Shown here piece by piece: positions 48,956-60,115 of a stretch of 64,000 bases of DNA (position 1 is the stretch's first letter; each line of letters opens with the position of its first letter). The position numbers and the translations under genes were made by a program. The stretch covers positions 62,001 through 126,000 of IMG/VR virus record IMGVR_UViG_3300003860_000003. One strand, 5' to 3'. The notes beneath the pieces were generated by a model that worked only from the letters and a program-made list of their open reading frames with translations, was not told the DNA's origin and made no database searches. Source of the stretch: an uncultured virus (IMG/VR IMGVR_UViG_3300003860_000003) (Duplodnaviria; Heunggongvirae; Uroviricota; Caudoviricetes).

Positions 48956-51900
48956 ATGGCAACTATAACACCATTTGTTAAAAGAATGCGAACTCAAGGA
49001 GGAACTATTTATACTTTTAGTTCTGCGCTTGAAGACATTGGATTAAACATCAATGAACGTAATAACATTGTTAAAATGTCTCATTTTGCTTTGTTGAATA
49101 TTCCGTCTATTGATGCTCCTGATAATATGCAACAAAATAGATTCAATGTTCTTGCAATTCCGGGAGCGTATGAAATGTTTGGTGCAAGTATAAAAGATGG
49201 AAGAATTATTGTTGCCGAATCCTTTCAAAATTATGCTTTAAACCTTGAAACAAATTTATTAGGTCAAAATAGTTATAACGCTTCATTACAAACAACTATT
49301 TCTGAAAGAGTATTTTGGAAATGGTTAAAAGAAACTGGCGCAATTCGTTGGACATCTATAGATACTTCTGCTGGAAAATATTGGAAAGAAGAAACTGATA
49401 CGGATTCTTCAGTAGGATATAATTCTGTTGTTAAATGCATTGGTCAAATTAGTGCCGGTTCTGTACGTACTGATACATTTGGAACATACAACGAAACTTA
49501 TGTTTTAGTTCCTACATCTTTTGGACAAACTCCAGTTTATTTTAAACAAGTTGAAGATGATAATTACAAACACGGCATATCAATAATCAATGGAAATACA
49601 AACATTTTAGGAAGAGAATCTTATCTTAAACCTCATCCAGATGCATTAGATATAACTGCCTATTATGATTTAGCTGATTCAAGTTTATCAGTAACTAATT
49701 ATGTAAGTACCTATACTATGCAATATGATAATAGTACAGGAAGCTGGAATAATGGTTGGTGGTGGACATTTGAAAATTTACCAATAACATATGATAATAA
49801 TTATTATACTGATAGTTCAGAATATATTGCATCTGGAATTTATAATATAAATCTTCAATATGTTGAGCCGGGAATTCAATTTAAACGTTCTAAAGTTGAT
49901 TGTCTTTCTATTGAATATAATCTTGATAATTTAAAAACTATTTTTGGAGATTCTGCATTAACATTTGATAGTTTAGCTTTGCCTGCACCTAATGGTTATT
50001 CTGAAGATGATGCGTTTGATTTTAACGCAATCATGATTTATTATTCAGTTTATAATAAAGCATTAGATACAGTATTAGCAACTAATTTATTAGGAGTTTT
50101 ATTTTTAGATCCGCCAAGTGGAAATACACAAAATTATCCATTAAATGAAATTACACTTCCATCAATAACAAAACTTCAAAGTGGACCTTCAGGATTTGGA
50201 ACATCGTATTCATTTAGACTCAATATTAAGTCTGATTATATGTTAGATGATACGCAGGCTATTGTAACTGATACAACATCATCACAAGAAATACTTACAG
50301 ATTTTTCTCAGGTATTTGATAGTTTAAATAAAACTCTTGTAATATTAAATCAACAAACAGGAACAATTAGTTATATTACAGAACAATATCTTGATATTAC
50401 AGCAAATCAAACAGAAATTGAAAATCAAATATCTGATTTACAATATCAAATAAACACCGGTACATTAGGAATATCTGGAACACCGAATGCTATTCCTATG
50501 TTTTCTAACAATGGAAAAACGCTTGTTGACTGTTCTATTTATATGAAATATGGAAATCTTGGATTTTTTACAAATAATCCTTTATATCCTGCTCAATTTG
50601 ATGTAAGTGTTAAAATTAAAGATCTTATACTTGAAAATGCAATAAGAGACACTAGTGGAAATGTTCTTTTAGAATACGGTTCTCCTTTACAATTTGGTAG
50701 TAAAACTAATGATAGAGGAATAACATTTTATTCAGGATCAATTACTCCATATTTAACTATTGGAGATGGTTCAATTTCATTTGAAGTGCCTGTTGTATTT
50801 AATGCAGGCTATACTGGTGCTGGAAGTGGCGGTGATGTATCTAAAGCATATGTTGATGCACAAGATAATTATATAAAAGCTGCTTACATACCTAGTGCTT
50901 CATTAGGTGTAGGTTTATTATGGAATAATGGATATTTAGATGCATGTGCTGGTGGAAGTGGCGGAAGTTCTTATGCTACATTTTCTTATGTTGACGCAAG
51001 TTTATTAATACGAGATGCTTCTATTTCTTTGATAAAAGCTACTTACATTCCTAATGCTTCTTTAAATGTTAGTTATTTTAAATGGGTTGGAGGTTATCTT
51101 GAACCAAGTAGTTTAAGTGGTGGCGTAACTAAAGCTTACGTTGATAGTTCATTATTAGTAAGAGATGTATCTATGGTATACATAAATACGCGAAGAGTTA
51201 TCACAGAAACTTCAGTTGGAACTCTTACAGCAAGAGCTAATAATACAGATGCATCAATTATTTTAATAAAAGCCACTTACGTTCCCAGTGCTTCAATAGG
51301 AGCAGGATTTTCATGGAATACAGGAAACAATACTTGGTATGTAGACGTTAGTTTACCAGCAGGAGGAGTTACAATAGGATATGTTGATGGATCTTTAGCT
51401 TCAAGAGATGCTCTTATTGCTGCATCAGAAGTTTCAATAAATAAACTTGACGCAAGCACTAAATACTGGAAACCTTATACAGATGGAAGTTTATCAATAC
51501 GAGATGCTTCAATTGTTTTAATAAAGGCTACTTATATTCCAAATGCTTCTTTAAATGTTAGTTATTTTACATGGGTCGGCGGTTATCTTGAACCAAGTAT
51601 TTCAGGTAGCGGAACAACTAAAGTATATGTAGATGGTTCGTTATCATTAAGAGACGTGTCTATAGCAAATGTTAAACTTTATGTAGATGCTTCATTATTA
51701 GTAAGAGATATAACTATAGCATCATTAGCATCAACTAAAGCTAATTTATTAGATCCACAATTAACTGGAACGCCAAGATCTGTAACAAATGCAAATCCTT
51801 ATGATGCAAGTACACAAATTGCTACTAATCAATTTGTACAAACAAGAGTATCTATACTTGATACATCAATTTCTTATTTAAATACTAGAGGTATAGTACA

Positions 51901-52981
51901 AGATTCTTCAATAGGAACATTAACAACAAAATTAAATACTGCTGATGCTTCATTATATACTTTAACTTTAAGACATAATACTACAGAAGTTTCAGTAGGA
52001 ACACTTACGGTTAAACTTAACTCTACAGATGCTTCTATAATATACATAAAAGGCATATATATTCCAAACACTTCTTTAGGAACAGGTTTTTATTGGAGTG
52101 GTGGATATTTAAATGCAAGTGCTGGAGCAGGTGGAGGAACAGGAGATGTTACTAAAGTATATGTAGATGGTTCTTTATTAGTTAGAGATATTCGTATAGC
52201 AGCAATTGAAGCATCATTAAATGATACTACTAATGCAGATATTTTATATCATCGTAAGTTATATGTAGATAGTTCTTTATCTATAAGAGATACTTCTATA
52301 TCAAATTTATCAAAAAAGAGCGTATCATCTGATGCATCAATTGTTTTAGTAAAAGCTACTTATCTTGCAAACTCTTCTTTAGGCTCAGGATTTGCATGGG
52401 TAGGAAATCAAGTTATTGTAGATGTTAGTACAGTTGCAGGAGGAGTATCTAAAGCCTATGTTGATAGTTCTTTATTAACAAGAGATGTTTCTATTGCAAC
52501 ATTATCATTAAAAATTAGCACCAATGATACATCAACATCAACATTAACAATTAGAGTTAATACTACTGATGCTTCATTGGCTACAGTAAGAGCCACTTAC
52601 ATTCCAAATGCATCTTTGAATACAAGTAAATTTAAATGGGTAGCAGGAATTCTTGAACCAAGTATAGCATCACCAGATGTAACTAAAGCGTATACTGATG
52701 GATCATTAGGATTTAGAGATACTTCTATATCAAATTTATCTACAACTAAATTAAATCTTACAGGAGGAACTCTTACAGGTAATTTAACAATTAATAGTTC
52801 TTTATTTGTTCAAGGTGATATTAGTGTTAACAGAGTAAGAATTGGATCATTTACATTAGAACCATCTGGTACATCTGGTTTAGTATTTAGATCAGCTACA
52901 ACTGGATTAAAATTAATGTATCTTGATTCTTCTGGTAATATGTTAATTAGATCAAATATAGTTGCATATGCTGGAATTTAA
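48956..52981 (+). CDS. Large virion structural or fibre protein with YVDxSL..RDxS repeats
   Basis: Globular N-terminal half; repetitive C-terminal half (KAYVDSSLLVRDVS, ATYIPNASLN, FKWVGGYLEPS). Confidence 0.7.
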   Translation: MATITPFVKRMRTQGGTIYTFSSALEDIGLNINERNNIVKMSHFALLNIPSIDAPDNMQQNRFNVLAIPGAYEMFGASIKDGRIIVAESFQNYALNLETNLLGQNSYNASLQTTISERVFWKWLKETGAIRWTSIDTSAGKYWKEETDTDSSVGYNSVVKCIGQISAGSVRTDTFGTYNETYVLVPTSFGQTPVYFKQVEDDNYKHGISIINGNTNILGRESYLKPHPDALDITAYYDLADSSLSVTNYVSTYTMQYDNSTGSWNNGWWWTFENLPITYDNNYYTDSSEYIASGIYNINLQYVEPGIQFKRSKVDCLSIEYNLDNLKTIFGDSALTFDSLALPAPNGYSEDDAFDFNAIMIYYSVYNKALDTVLATNLLGVLFLDPPSGNTQNYPLNEITLPSITKLQSGPSGFGTSYSFRLNIKSDYMLDDTQAIVTDTTSSQEILTDFSQVFDSLNKTLVILNQQTGTISYITEQYLDITANQTEIENQISDLQYQINTGTLGISGTPNAIPMFSNNGKTLVDCSIYMKYGNLGFFTNNPLYPAQFDVSVKIKDLILENAIRDTSGNVLLEYGSPLQFGSKTNDRGITFYSGSITPYLTIGDGSISFEVPVVFNAGYTGAGSGGDVSKAYVDAQDNYIKAAYIPSASLGVGLLWNNGYLDACAGGSGGSSYATFSYVDASLLIRDASISLIKATYIPNASLNVSYFKWVGGYLEPSSLSGGVTKAYVDSSLLVRDVSMVYINTRRVITETSVGTLTARANNTDASIILIKATYVPSASIGAGFSWNTGNNTWYVDVSLPAGGVTIGYVDGSLASRDALIAASEVSINKLDASTKYWKPYTDGSLSIRDASIVLIKATYIPNASLNVSYFTWVGGYLEPSISGSGTTKVYVDGSLSLRDVSIANVKLYVDASLLVRDITIASLASTKANLLDPQLTGTPRSVTNANPYDASTQIATNQFVQTRVSILDTSISYLNTRGIVQDSSIGTLTTKLNTADASLYTLTLRHNTTEVSVGTLTVKLNSTDASIIYIKGIYIPNTSLGTGFYWSGGYLNASAGAGGGTGDVTKVYVDGSLLVRDIRIAAIEASLNDTTNADILYHRKLYVDSSLSIRDTSISNLSKKSVSSDASIVLVKATYLANSSLGSGFAWVGNQVIVDVSTVAGGVSKAYVDSSLLTRDVSIATLSLKISTNDTSTSTLTIRVNTTDASLATVRATYIPNASLNTSKFKWVAGILEPSIASPDVTKAYTDGSLGFRDTSISNLSTTKLNLTGGTLTGNLTINSSLFVQGDISVNRVRIGSFTLEPSGTSGLVFRSATTGLKLMYLDSSGNMLIRSNIVAYAGI

Positions 52982-53010
52982 TAATATAATAAAAAAATAA
53001 TAATTAAAAA

Positions 53011-54180
53011 ATGGGAAATGTAAATTCATTTACTGAAACTGTAAATCAATTAGTTGAGCAAGTTAATATTGCGTTGGAATCAGTTGTAAAACTTAATGAT
53101 AGCATAACTACACAATCTGATAGTGTAACATTAACAATTGAACAACCAGACCCAATATCTGGAGATGTTTCGACATTTACTTATTCATTACCTTCATATA
53201 ATAATGTAATTAATAAAGTTAATGCGCTGGGGCAAACAATGGATACATTTGTTAAAGGAGAAGGAAAAATTTTACTTAATGATGGTACTTATAGAGAAGT
53301 TACAACAATACCAGTAGCTATATCTCCATCTAAAATTACAAATGTTTTAGCGCCCACAAAATTTAAAACACGAAGTAATTGGTTTTTTGAATCTATTATG
53401 TTTCCACAACTTGTAGTTTCTTTTGATCTTAAAGGAAAAATTGATGATAGATCCGATAGAGTAGTAGTTAAAAGAGTGATTTTTGATAATTATGATGATG
53501 GAGAAACGCAATGGTTTTTAGATCATATTATACCAACTACTAGAACATATTATGACACTATTACATATCTTAATGAACAAGGAAAACAATATTGGGAAGA
53601 CGAAGAAATACAAAGTCTTCCTTTATCAACAGAACCTTATACTGGATATTTTGTAATTACAGATATTAGAACAATAGAAGGAAAACAATGGTTTTATCTT
53701 GATACAACTAATTATGGTGTAACTTCAGATGCTCCCGTAATCAATGATATTCAATTATCAGTAGGCGATACATTACGTTATGAAAATTCAATATGGAAAA
53801 TTGATGATATACATTTAAATGAAAAAAGAGTACATGTTGTTGCTAATGTTGGTATGGATCATCCCACAATAAATCATTCATTTGAAATATATAATGCACC
53901 ATTTTCTACAAAAATGTTAGATATACCTGTAGGATTTGACGAATGTAATATTGTGTTTTTAAAGGGTGTTAATGATGATTTTAATATAATAGGAGATGAT
54001 TGGAGTGATTCTATAAATTTTTATTCTAATGACTTGATAATTAATGGTGGATCTACTACATTAGATGATTATTATAATTTATATGTATCAGATTTTGGAT
54101 TACAAATGGAAGGACAAGCAAAAGAAAAATTTATTCCAGCATATTTTGGAATAACTCCAGATGCACCAGTGATAAGTTAA
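53011..54180 (+). CDS. Hypothetical structural protein
   Basis: 389-aa ORF within the structural operon. Confidence 0.65.
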   Translation: MGNVNSFTETVNQLVEQVNIALESVVKLNDSITTQSDSVTLTIEQPDPISGDVSTFTYSLPSYNNVINKVNALGQTMDTFVKGEGKILLNDGTYREVTTIPVAISPSKITNVLAPTKFKTRSNWFFESIMFPQLVVSFDLKGKIDDRSDRVVVKRVIFDNYDDGETQWFLDHIIPTTRTYYDTITYLNEQGKQYWEDEEIQSLPLSTEPYTGYFVITDIRTIEGKQWFYLDTTNYGVTSDAPVINDIQLSVGDTLRYENSIWKIDDIHLNEKRVHVVANVGMDHPTINHSFEIYNAPFSTKMLDIPVGFDECNIVFLKGVNDDFNIIGDDWSDSINFYSNDLIINGGSTTLDDYYNLYVSDFGLQMEGQAKEKFIPAYFGITPDAPVIS

Positions 54181-54203
54181 ATAAAAAATAAAAAAATAAA
54201 ATT

Positions 54204-55346
54204 ATGGCAAGCAATTTTTTTAAAGTTGTACAAATAAATACTCAGTTAAATGCGGCTCTCGATACTGAAGCTATTAAAAATACACAAACGCAAATAGAAT
54301 CAACAAAAACTATTATTAATAGTTTAAAAGATACTATTGCACAGCAAAAAGCTGAATTAGTATCTTTAATAAATGTTGCAGATAGAGCAACACTTCAAAG
54401 TAAAATTGATAGTAACAATAACAGTTTATCGAAAGCTACTATTGAATATCAATCCTTAGTTAGATCTTTAGCTACTGTAGCGTATGAAAATTCAGCCGTA
54501 GTTGCAGATCCTAAATATCGTGTAAGAGGATTTTTTCCTATTCCTGCACCAAAAGGAAATCCACCTCAACAAATTATTCAATTTGAATATGCTTATCGCT
54601 ATTTAAAATTAGATAATACTGGAATTTCTTTAAATACATTTGAATATACAGATCCAAGTACTCAACAAGTTGTTAGAGGTGTTTATACAGATTGGACAAT
54701 TGTTGCTTCTGCTGTTAAACAAAAAGTTTTTGATGCATCTACAAATACATATACATGGGTTGTTGAAAATATAGCAGATGGAGAAGTAGTAAATATAAAT
54801 CAAATAGATATTCCTATTCAAAAAGGAGAAAAAGTACAACTTAAAATTAGATCAATATCTGAAGCTGGCTGGCCATTAAATCCACTTAAATCAGCTTGGT
54901 CTGATCCCATTATTATTGAATTTCCTTCAAATCTTGAAGGATCGAATCAAGTTGCAAATATATTAAGTGACGCAGCTGTTGAAGAAGAAACAATTAAGTT
55001 AGATCAAACTTTATCTGCTGCGGGTGTTCCTACACATATAGCAGATAGCGTTCCTAATCCAAATTCTGGAACAGGTACATATTTTAAACATCAAGCTGTT
55101 AATCTTGCATTTGATCTTAAAACAAAAGATAAATACGGAGTTATTAATACTGTTAATACTACTGATTTACAAAGCCAATTAGACACAATAGCTGCAAATA
55201 CATATGTACAAGTTTTAGCAAATCCCCTTTCTTCTCAAGCAGGAGCATATCCTCAAATTACAGGAACCTTACAACAATTATTACAAGCTATTATTAATAC
55301 AGATCCTTCTATATATGATCAATTTGTATTAGATATAACAACTTAA
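54204..55346 (+). CDS. Hypothetical structural protein (coiled coil followed by a beta domain)
   Basis: 380-aa ORF with an N-terminal heptad-like region. Confidence 0.65.
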   Translation: MASNFFKVVQINTQLNAALDTEAIKNTQTQIESTKTIINSLKDTIAQQKAELVSLINVADRATLQSKIDSNNNSLSKATIEYQSLVRSLATVAYENSAVVADPKYRVRGFFPIPAPKGNPPQQIIQFEYAYRYLKLDNTGISLNTFEYTDPSTQQVVRGVYTDWTIVASAVKQKVFDASTNTYTWVVENIADGEVVNINQIDIPIQKGEKVQLKIRSISEAGWPLNPLKSAWSDPIIIEFPSNLEGSNQVANILSDAAVEEETIKLDQTLSAAGVPTHIADSVPNPNSGTGTYFKHQAVNLAFDLKTKDKYGVINTVNTTDLQSQLDTIAANTYVQVLANPLSSQAGAYPQITGTLQQLLQAIINTDPSIYDQFVLDITT

Positions 55347-55358
55347 TAAAATATAAAT

Positions 55359-58300
55359 ATGTTTAAATATTTTAACGATACAGTAATTTTATCTTCACAA
55401 AACCCAGAAGCCATTTTAACTTATGTTCATGATGCTTCTGACTACTATATAACTGTTAATTCTATTTCCGAAAGAAATGTATTATATGCAAATGGAATTG
55501 ATCTTTATGATTGTTGTACAAATGTATATTTATATGGATTACAAATAAATGATATTGCTACTCGCGCTGCATTTCATATTTATACAAGAAGTGTCTCTGA
55601 ATTTGATATAACGATATCATTTAATATTAGTGATTCAACGGGAAGTTTTCTTTATAATGATTATGTTACTATTCTCAATAGACCTACAATAATTGCTGGC
55701 GGATTTAATACATATGAAAACAAAGAAGTTTTAGTTGATAATGAAACATCATATTTAGTATTAAGAACCAATCCTAAATTCACAGGAAACATAAAACTTA
55801 TAGTTGATGTAAGTGAAAATTTATATTTAGATACGTTTAAAGTATCTGATATTTTGTCAAATAAAAAATATAGAAAACAAAGTGTTTCTTCTGAAAGCGT
55901 ATTATCAAGCGATATTAGAAATGTATTTACCGCTCTTCCTTTAGGAGAACTTTATAGAGTAGATTCTTTAAATACTTTAGATATAACTATTCCTAAAACA
56001 GAATATAAAGATCAGTATCGTACGACATATAATTATGGAGCAAGATTATTTGAAGATGAATTATATGCAGAAGATAATGCGTTATTAGCTCCTATATGGA
56101 TAAATAGTAAACTCCCCGATTATTTTTGTGTGTTTAGAATGCCGGGTATTTATAATGTAGAAACATATAATAATGATTCTCTTTCATACTTAGCGTCAAA
56201 ATATTTTGAAAATAGTGACATTATTAAAACATGGAGTTTAAAAAATGATTCTGGATTAGGAAAATATTTAGAAACTCATAGAAATGATTTAATTAAATTT
56301 CCTGCACCAGTATTTTTATCTTTAACTGATCCAAGTATTTCTACCGCAGATGCAGATCCGAATACATGGTATGGAATTACTGTAGATAAAGGTGTATTAG
56401 CAGGACGTTCAGAAACACCTTATTATTTTAATAAAACTATTAATAATTTTACAGAATTAAATGCGTTTGTATCTAATGGGTTTGAAAGAAATAATTTATT
56501 AAGCGCTAATCTTTTAAATATTGAATATATTTTTGATGATAATGATGTTAGTGCATATACTATGAATCGTTATTTTGGATTATATTTAACTGAAAATATT
56601 TTATATAAAGTAGCATATTATAATGATTTTTCAACGGGAAATGTAAGAATTCTTTCTCTTGATGGAAGAGATCTTAGCACATTCATTAATTCATCTGTAT
56701 TTACAAATGCGGGAGATATTTCGCCAGAATATAGAAATAGATTATTTGTTATAAATGATGGAAAAACTCTTAAACGAATTACATCTGTTTCTCAAATAAA
56801 TGGAAGTGAAGGGTATATAAATAATTATGTAAGTAATCCAAATAATAATATATTTAGTAATGTAGTTAATAAAAAAGAATATACTCCATTTATTACATTA
56901 AGAATTAATAATCATTTACATCAAGGAGAACATCTTCGTATAATAAATAGAACTCAAAATAAAATATGGGAAGCATATGGTATAGCCGATGTATCAAATT
57001 GCCAAAAATATGTATCTACATATACTGAACCTGGAGGTTATCCTACTATTTATCAAACAAACTTTTTAGTAACAGGAAGTATAGAAGATCAAATAGATTC
57101 AATAAAAGAAGCATTTCATAGATTTGAAGACTATAATGATAATTATTTTACAACTGGATTAAGTGCAAGCAATTGGACAGCTATTCTTCTTAATGATGTT
57201 GCAGATTCATCAGAAAGCTGGGAATTTCAAAGAATTACAGCGCAAACTTTGAATGATTGGAATAATGCCAGTTCAGGATTTAATAGTGCTGCACGTCCTG
57301 ATGATATAACATTTTTTGGTCGATTCACGCCAGAAGATGCTAATTTTGAAACAATCGCTTATGATGCGCAATATGGCCCAATAAATTTTGAATTATATGG
57401 AGATAGAAGAACAATATTTATAGATTTATTTAATAGAGGAAGTAATTTATTATATAATTTCGATGCCAGTGAAGCTGATAATTTAAGTCAATATACTTTA
57501 TATCAAGGAAAAGATAATTGGTATAAATTAATTATTAACTTTGATATATCTTCTAATTTTATAGATTCATATCAATATATTCAAGATCCTTATCATGAAC
57601 ATAGATATTTAATTCAAACTGCAGAAGAAATACAAACAGTAACAGGATTTTGGAATTCTTATGATATTCAAACTTATAATATTTCTTTAATGGGAGTAAA
57701 TCCAGTAAAAGATATAGATTATACCGTGTATGATTCTTCAACTCTTAATTTTACGAGTGAATATTTTTATAAAAGAGAAGATGATATAAGTACTTATTTT
57801 TTAACAGTTCCAGCAAATACCGCAAATGTAATTGAAATTAAAGATTCTTATCAACTTATTTCAGGCACGGGATATATTACTATAGGTAATGTAACTCAAA
57901 ATTATTCTGGATATACAAGTATGTTTCCATTGGGATTTAACACATTTAATTCTAGTGCATATATATCAGCTACTACAGATACTCTTATTACATATAATTT
58001 ATTAGACGGCTCATATAATTATACATCTTATAAAACTGGTTCAGCATATTCAGAAGAAAACATTTATGATTATTATAATTCTACTACACGTTTAAAATAT
58101 GGTTTAACGGTTCCTACTGTTTCTAAATGGGTAGGATTGGGCACAGATTGTCGAAATAATCCATTTAGATTAATATTTAATTCTAATATATTTGATTCTG
58201 TACTTCCTACTAATTTTATTCCTAGTGGAAATAATTATACTCAAGAAATAACATATCCCGTATTTAAATATTTAACACCTGGAACCAGAGCATGGCAAAG

Positions 58301-60095
58301 TTATATTTTTCATGATCTTAATGATGTAATGGAATATGTAGAAGATGGTATAACTTATAGAAAAACTATTAAAAATTTAATATTTGAAAAACCCTATAAT
58401 GATATTTTTTCAAAATTAATATTTTCAAATAATGAAGTTGATGATACTATAAATCGTTCTGTTTTATGTTACTATAATGATTATAAACAATCAATAGATA
58501 TATTATTTATGGGATTAAGCATATCTATAAGTATTAAAGATGTTGCTAAAAATACTATAAATATTAAAGATTATAATAGATATAAATTTTCATTTATATC
58601 AACTTCTTCAAGAAATGCACACAGTAATAAACCCATAGAAATTATTATAAATGAAAACACAAAAACTGTTTTAATGATATGGTACCAGGGTGCAGATGTA
58701 TTAAATTATAATAAAAGATATTCTAATGGCATTTATGGTTCACCTACATATGGAGGTGGTACCGGAAAATCAATAATGGATGACGTATCTCTTGGTGTAC
58801 AATGGAAATCACTGAAAAATGGTCCTAATTGGACATTTGAAAAAACTCCATTTATAGTTAGAACAGATGTTTTAAATAAACCTCTTGTTAACATGTATGA
58901 ATATAAAGATTTTATTTCATACGATGTAAGTTTAATAAGACCGTATGCACAATTAAGTCATGGACTAAAAAGTTTCGATACTACATTTAATGCATTTACA
59001 AATTTAAATACATTAATAAATTATCCCGATACATTATATGCACCATATTCTTATAATACTTTTTCTAAAACTGTTGATTATTCATATAGCAGAAGTGTAA
59101 ATACATATGGAGATAGTATAGTTAATTACGGATATTTATATCAAAATAACTGGAATTTATATGCAAATAATACATGTAATATAAATACATTAACTAGTTT
59201 TCTTAATAATGAAAATGATTACATTATGGCGTATATTATTAGAGAAAATGTAATATATGATAATCTTACATTTAAAACGTGTCCATTTTATTTTGCATTA
59301 AATACTCCGCGACAATTTAATAATTTAACAACATATAATGGCTGGTATACACCTAAATTTGATTCTATATTAGATTTTAAATCTAACGAAGACAAAGATT
59401 TAATGGATATATTGAATCTTGATTTTACATTAAGTAATACAAATTTACGTTCATATAAAAATATTGATCAATTATGGTACAATAAAGTTACTACTAGAGT
59501 TTCTGAAACAGATGTTAGCGCTGCCAATGCTATTGATTATAAAGAAGAATTTAATGTATTTAATGCTCTTTGGGATGCAAATTATTATACATTACAAGAA
59601 TCTACATTAATTAATGGTTATGAATCATCTTTAGAATTACCATCATTTTTTGGATCAAAATTAATAAAACTTCCAGATTATTTAGTTTTAGATTCCTTTG
59701 ATGTAACAGTAGCTTCAGTTATAACTGATACTAATAATTATATTTTAAGTTATAATTTAACTAAAATTATATCTAATTTATTTAAAGATAACAAACTATT
59801 TTTAAATAACTGGGCAGGATTAGCAGCAACAGACGCAATTATAAATTCTTATATTAATGACACTATCATTTCATATTATAACATAAGCATTAGTAAAATT
59901 AAATTAAATCTTTATACAAAAAGTTATGCTACTTCATTATTATATTATACATATGATACTCAATTTTCAGAAAATATAAAAATAAATTATACAACTAAAT
60001 TATCTTTTGAAAATAAAGATTGGAAATATTTGATAACAATTCCTAAGAATTTAAATTATTCTTATTATGTTAAGTTTACACTCTTTGAAAAATAA
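55359..60095 (+). CDS. Large hypothetical structural protein (1578 aa)
   Basis: Long N/Y/T/S-rich ORF in the structural operon. Confidence 0.65.
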   Translation: MFKYFNDTVILSSQNPEAILTYVHDASDYYITVNSISERNVLYANGIDLYDCCTNVYLYGLQINDIATRAAFHIYTRSVSEFDITISFNISDSTGSFLYNDYVTILNRPTIIAGGFNTYENKEVLVDNETSYLVLRTNPKFTGNIKLIVDVSENLYLDTFKVSDILSNKKYRKQSVSSESVLSSDIRNVFTALPLGELYRVDSLNTLDITIPKTEYKDQYRTTYNYGARLFEDELYAEDNALLAPIWINSKLPDYFCVFRMPGIYNVETYNNDSLSYLASKYFENSDIIKTWSLKNDSGLGKYLETHRNDLIKFPAPVFLSLTDPSISTADADPNTWYGITVDKGVLAGRSETPYYFNKTINNFTELNAFVSNGFERNNLLSANLLNIEYIFDDNDVSAYTMNRYFGLYLTENILYKVAYYNDFSTGNVRILSLDGRDLSTFINSSVFTNAGDISPEYRNRLFVINDGKTLKRITSVSQINGSEGYINNYVSNPNNNIFSNVVNKKEYTPFITLRINNHLHQGEHLRIINRTQNKIWEAYGIADVSNCQKYVSTYTEPGGYPTIYQTNFLVTGSIEDQIDSIKEAFHRFEDYNDNYFTTGLSASNWTAILLNDVADSSESWEFQRITAQTLNDWNNASSGFNSAARPDDITFFGRFTPEDANFETIAYDAQYGPINFELYGDRRTIFIDLFNRGSNLLYNFDASEADNLSQYTLYQGKDNWYKLIINFDISSNFIDSYQYIQDPYHEHRYLIQTAEEIQTVTGFWNSYDIQTYNISLMGVNPVKDIDYTVYDSSTLNFTSEYFYKREDDISTYFLTVPANTANVIEIKDSYQLISGTGYITIGNVTQNYSGYTSMFPLGFNTFNSSAYISATTDTLITYNLLDGSYNYTSYKTGSAYSEENIYDYYNSTTRLKYGLTVPTVSKWVGLGTDCRNNPFRLIFNSNIFDSVLPTNFIPSGNNYTQEITYPVFKYLTPGTRAWQSYIFHDLNDVMEYVEDGITYRKTIKNLIFEKPYNDIFSKLIFSNNEVDDTINRSVLCYYNDYKQSIDILFMGLSISISIKDVAKNTINIKDYNRYKFSFISTSSRNAHSNKPIEIIINENTKTVLMIWYQGADVLNYNKRYSNGIYGSPTYGGGTGKSIMDDVSLGVQWKSLKNGPNWTFEKTPFIVRTDVLNKPLVNMYEYKDFISYDVSLIRPYAQLSHGLKSFDTTFNAFTNLNTLINYPDTLYAPYSYNTFSKTVDYSYSRSVNTYGDSIVNYGYLYQNNWNLYANNTCNINTLTSFLNNENDYIMAYIIRENVIYDNLTFKTCPFYFALNTPRQFNNLTTYNGWYTPKFDSILDFKSNEDKDLMDILNLDFTLSNTNLRSYKNIDQLWYNKVTTRVSETDVSAANAIDYKEEFNVFNALWDANYYTLQESTLINGYESSLELPSFFGSKLIKLPDYLVLDSFDVTVASVITDTNNYILSYNLTKIISNLFKDNKLFLNNWAGLAATDAIINSYINDTIISYYNISISKIKLNLYTKSYATSLLYYTYDTQFSENIKINYTTKLSFENKDWKYLITIPKNLNYSYYVKFTLFEK

Positions 60096-60106
60096 AATAT
60101 ATAAAA
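60096..60106 (+). promoter_or_regulatory. Candidate promoter box AATATATAAAA
   Basis: Upstream of the ORF at 60116. Confidence 0.45.
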
Positions 60107-60115
60107 TAAACCAAC

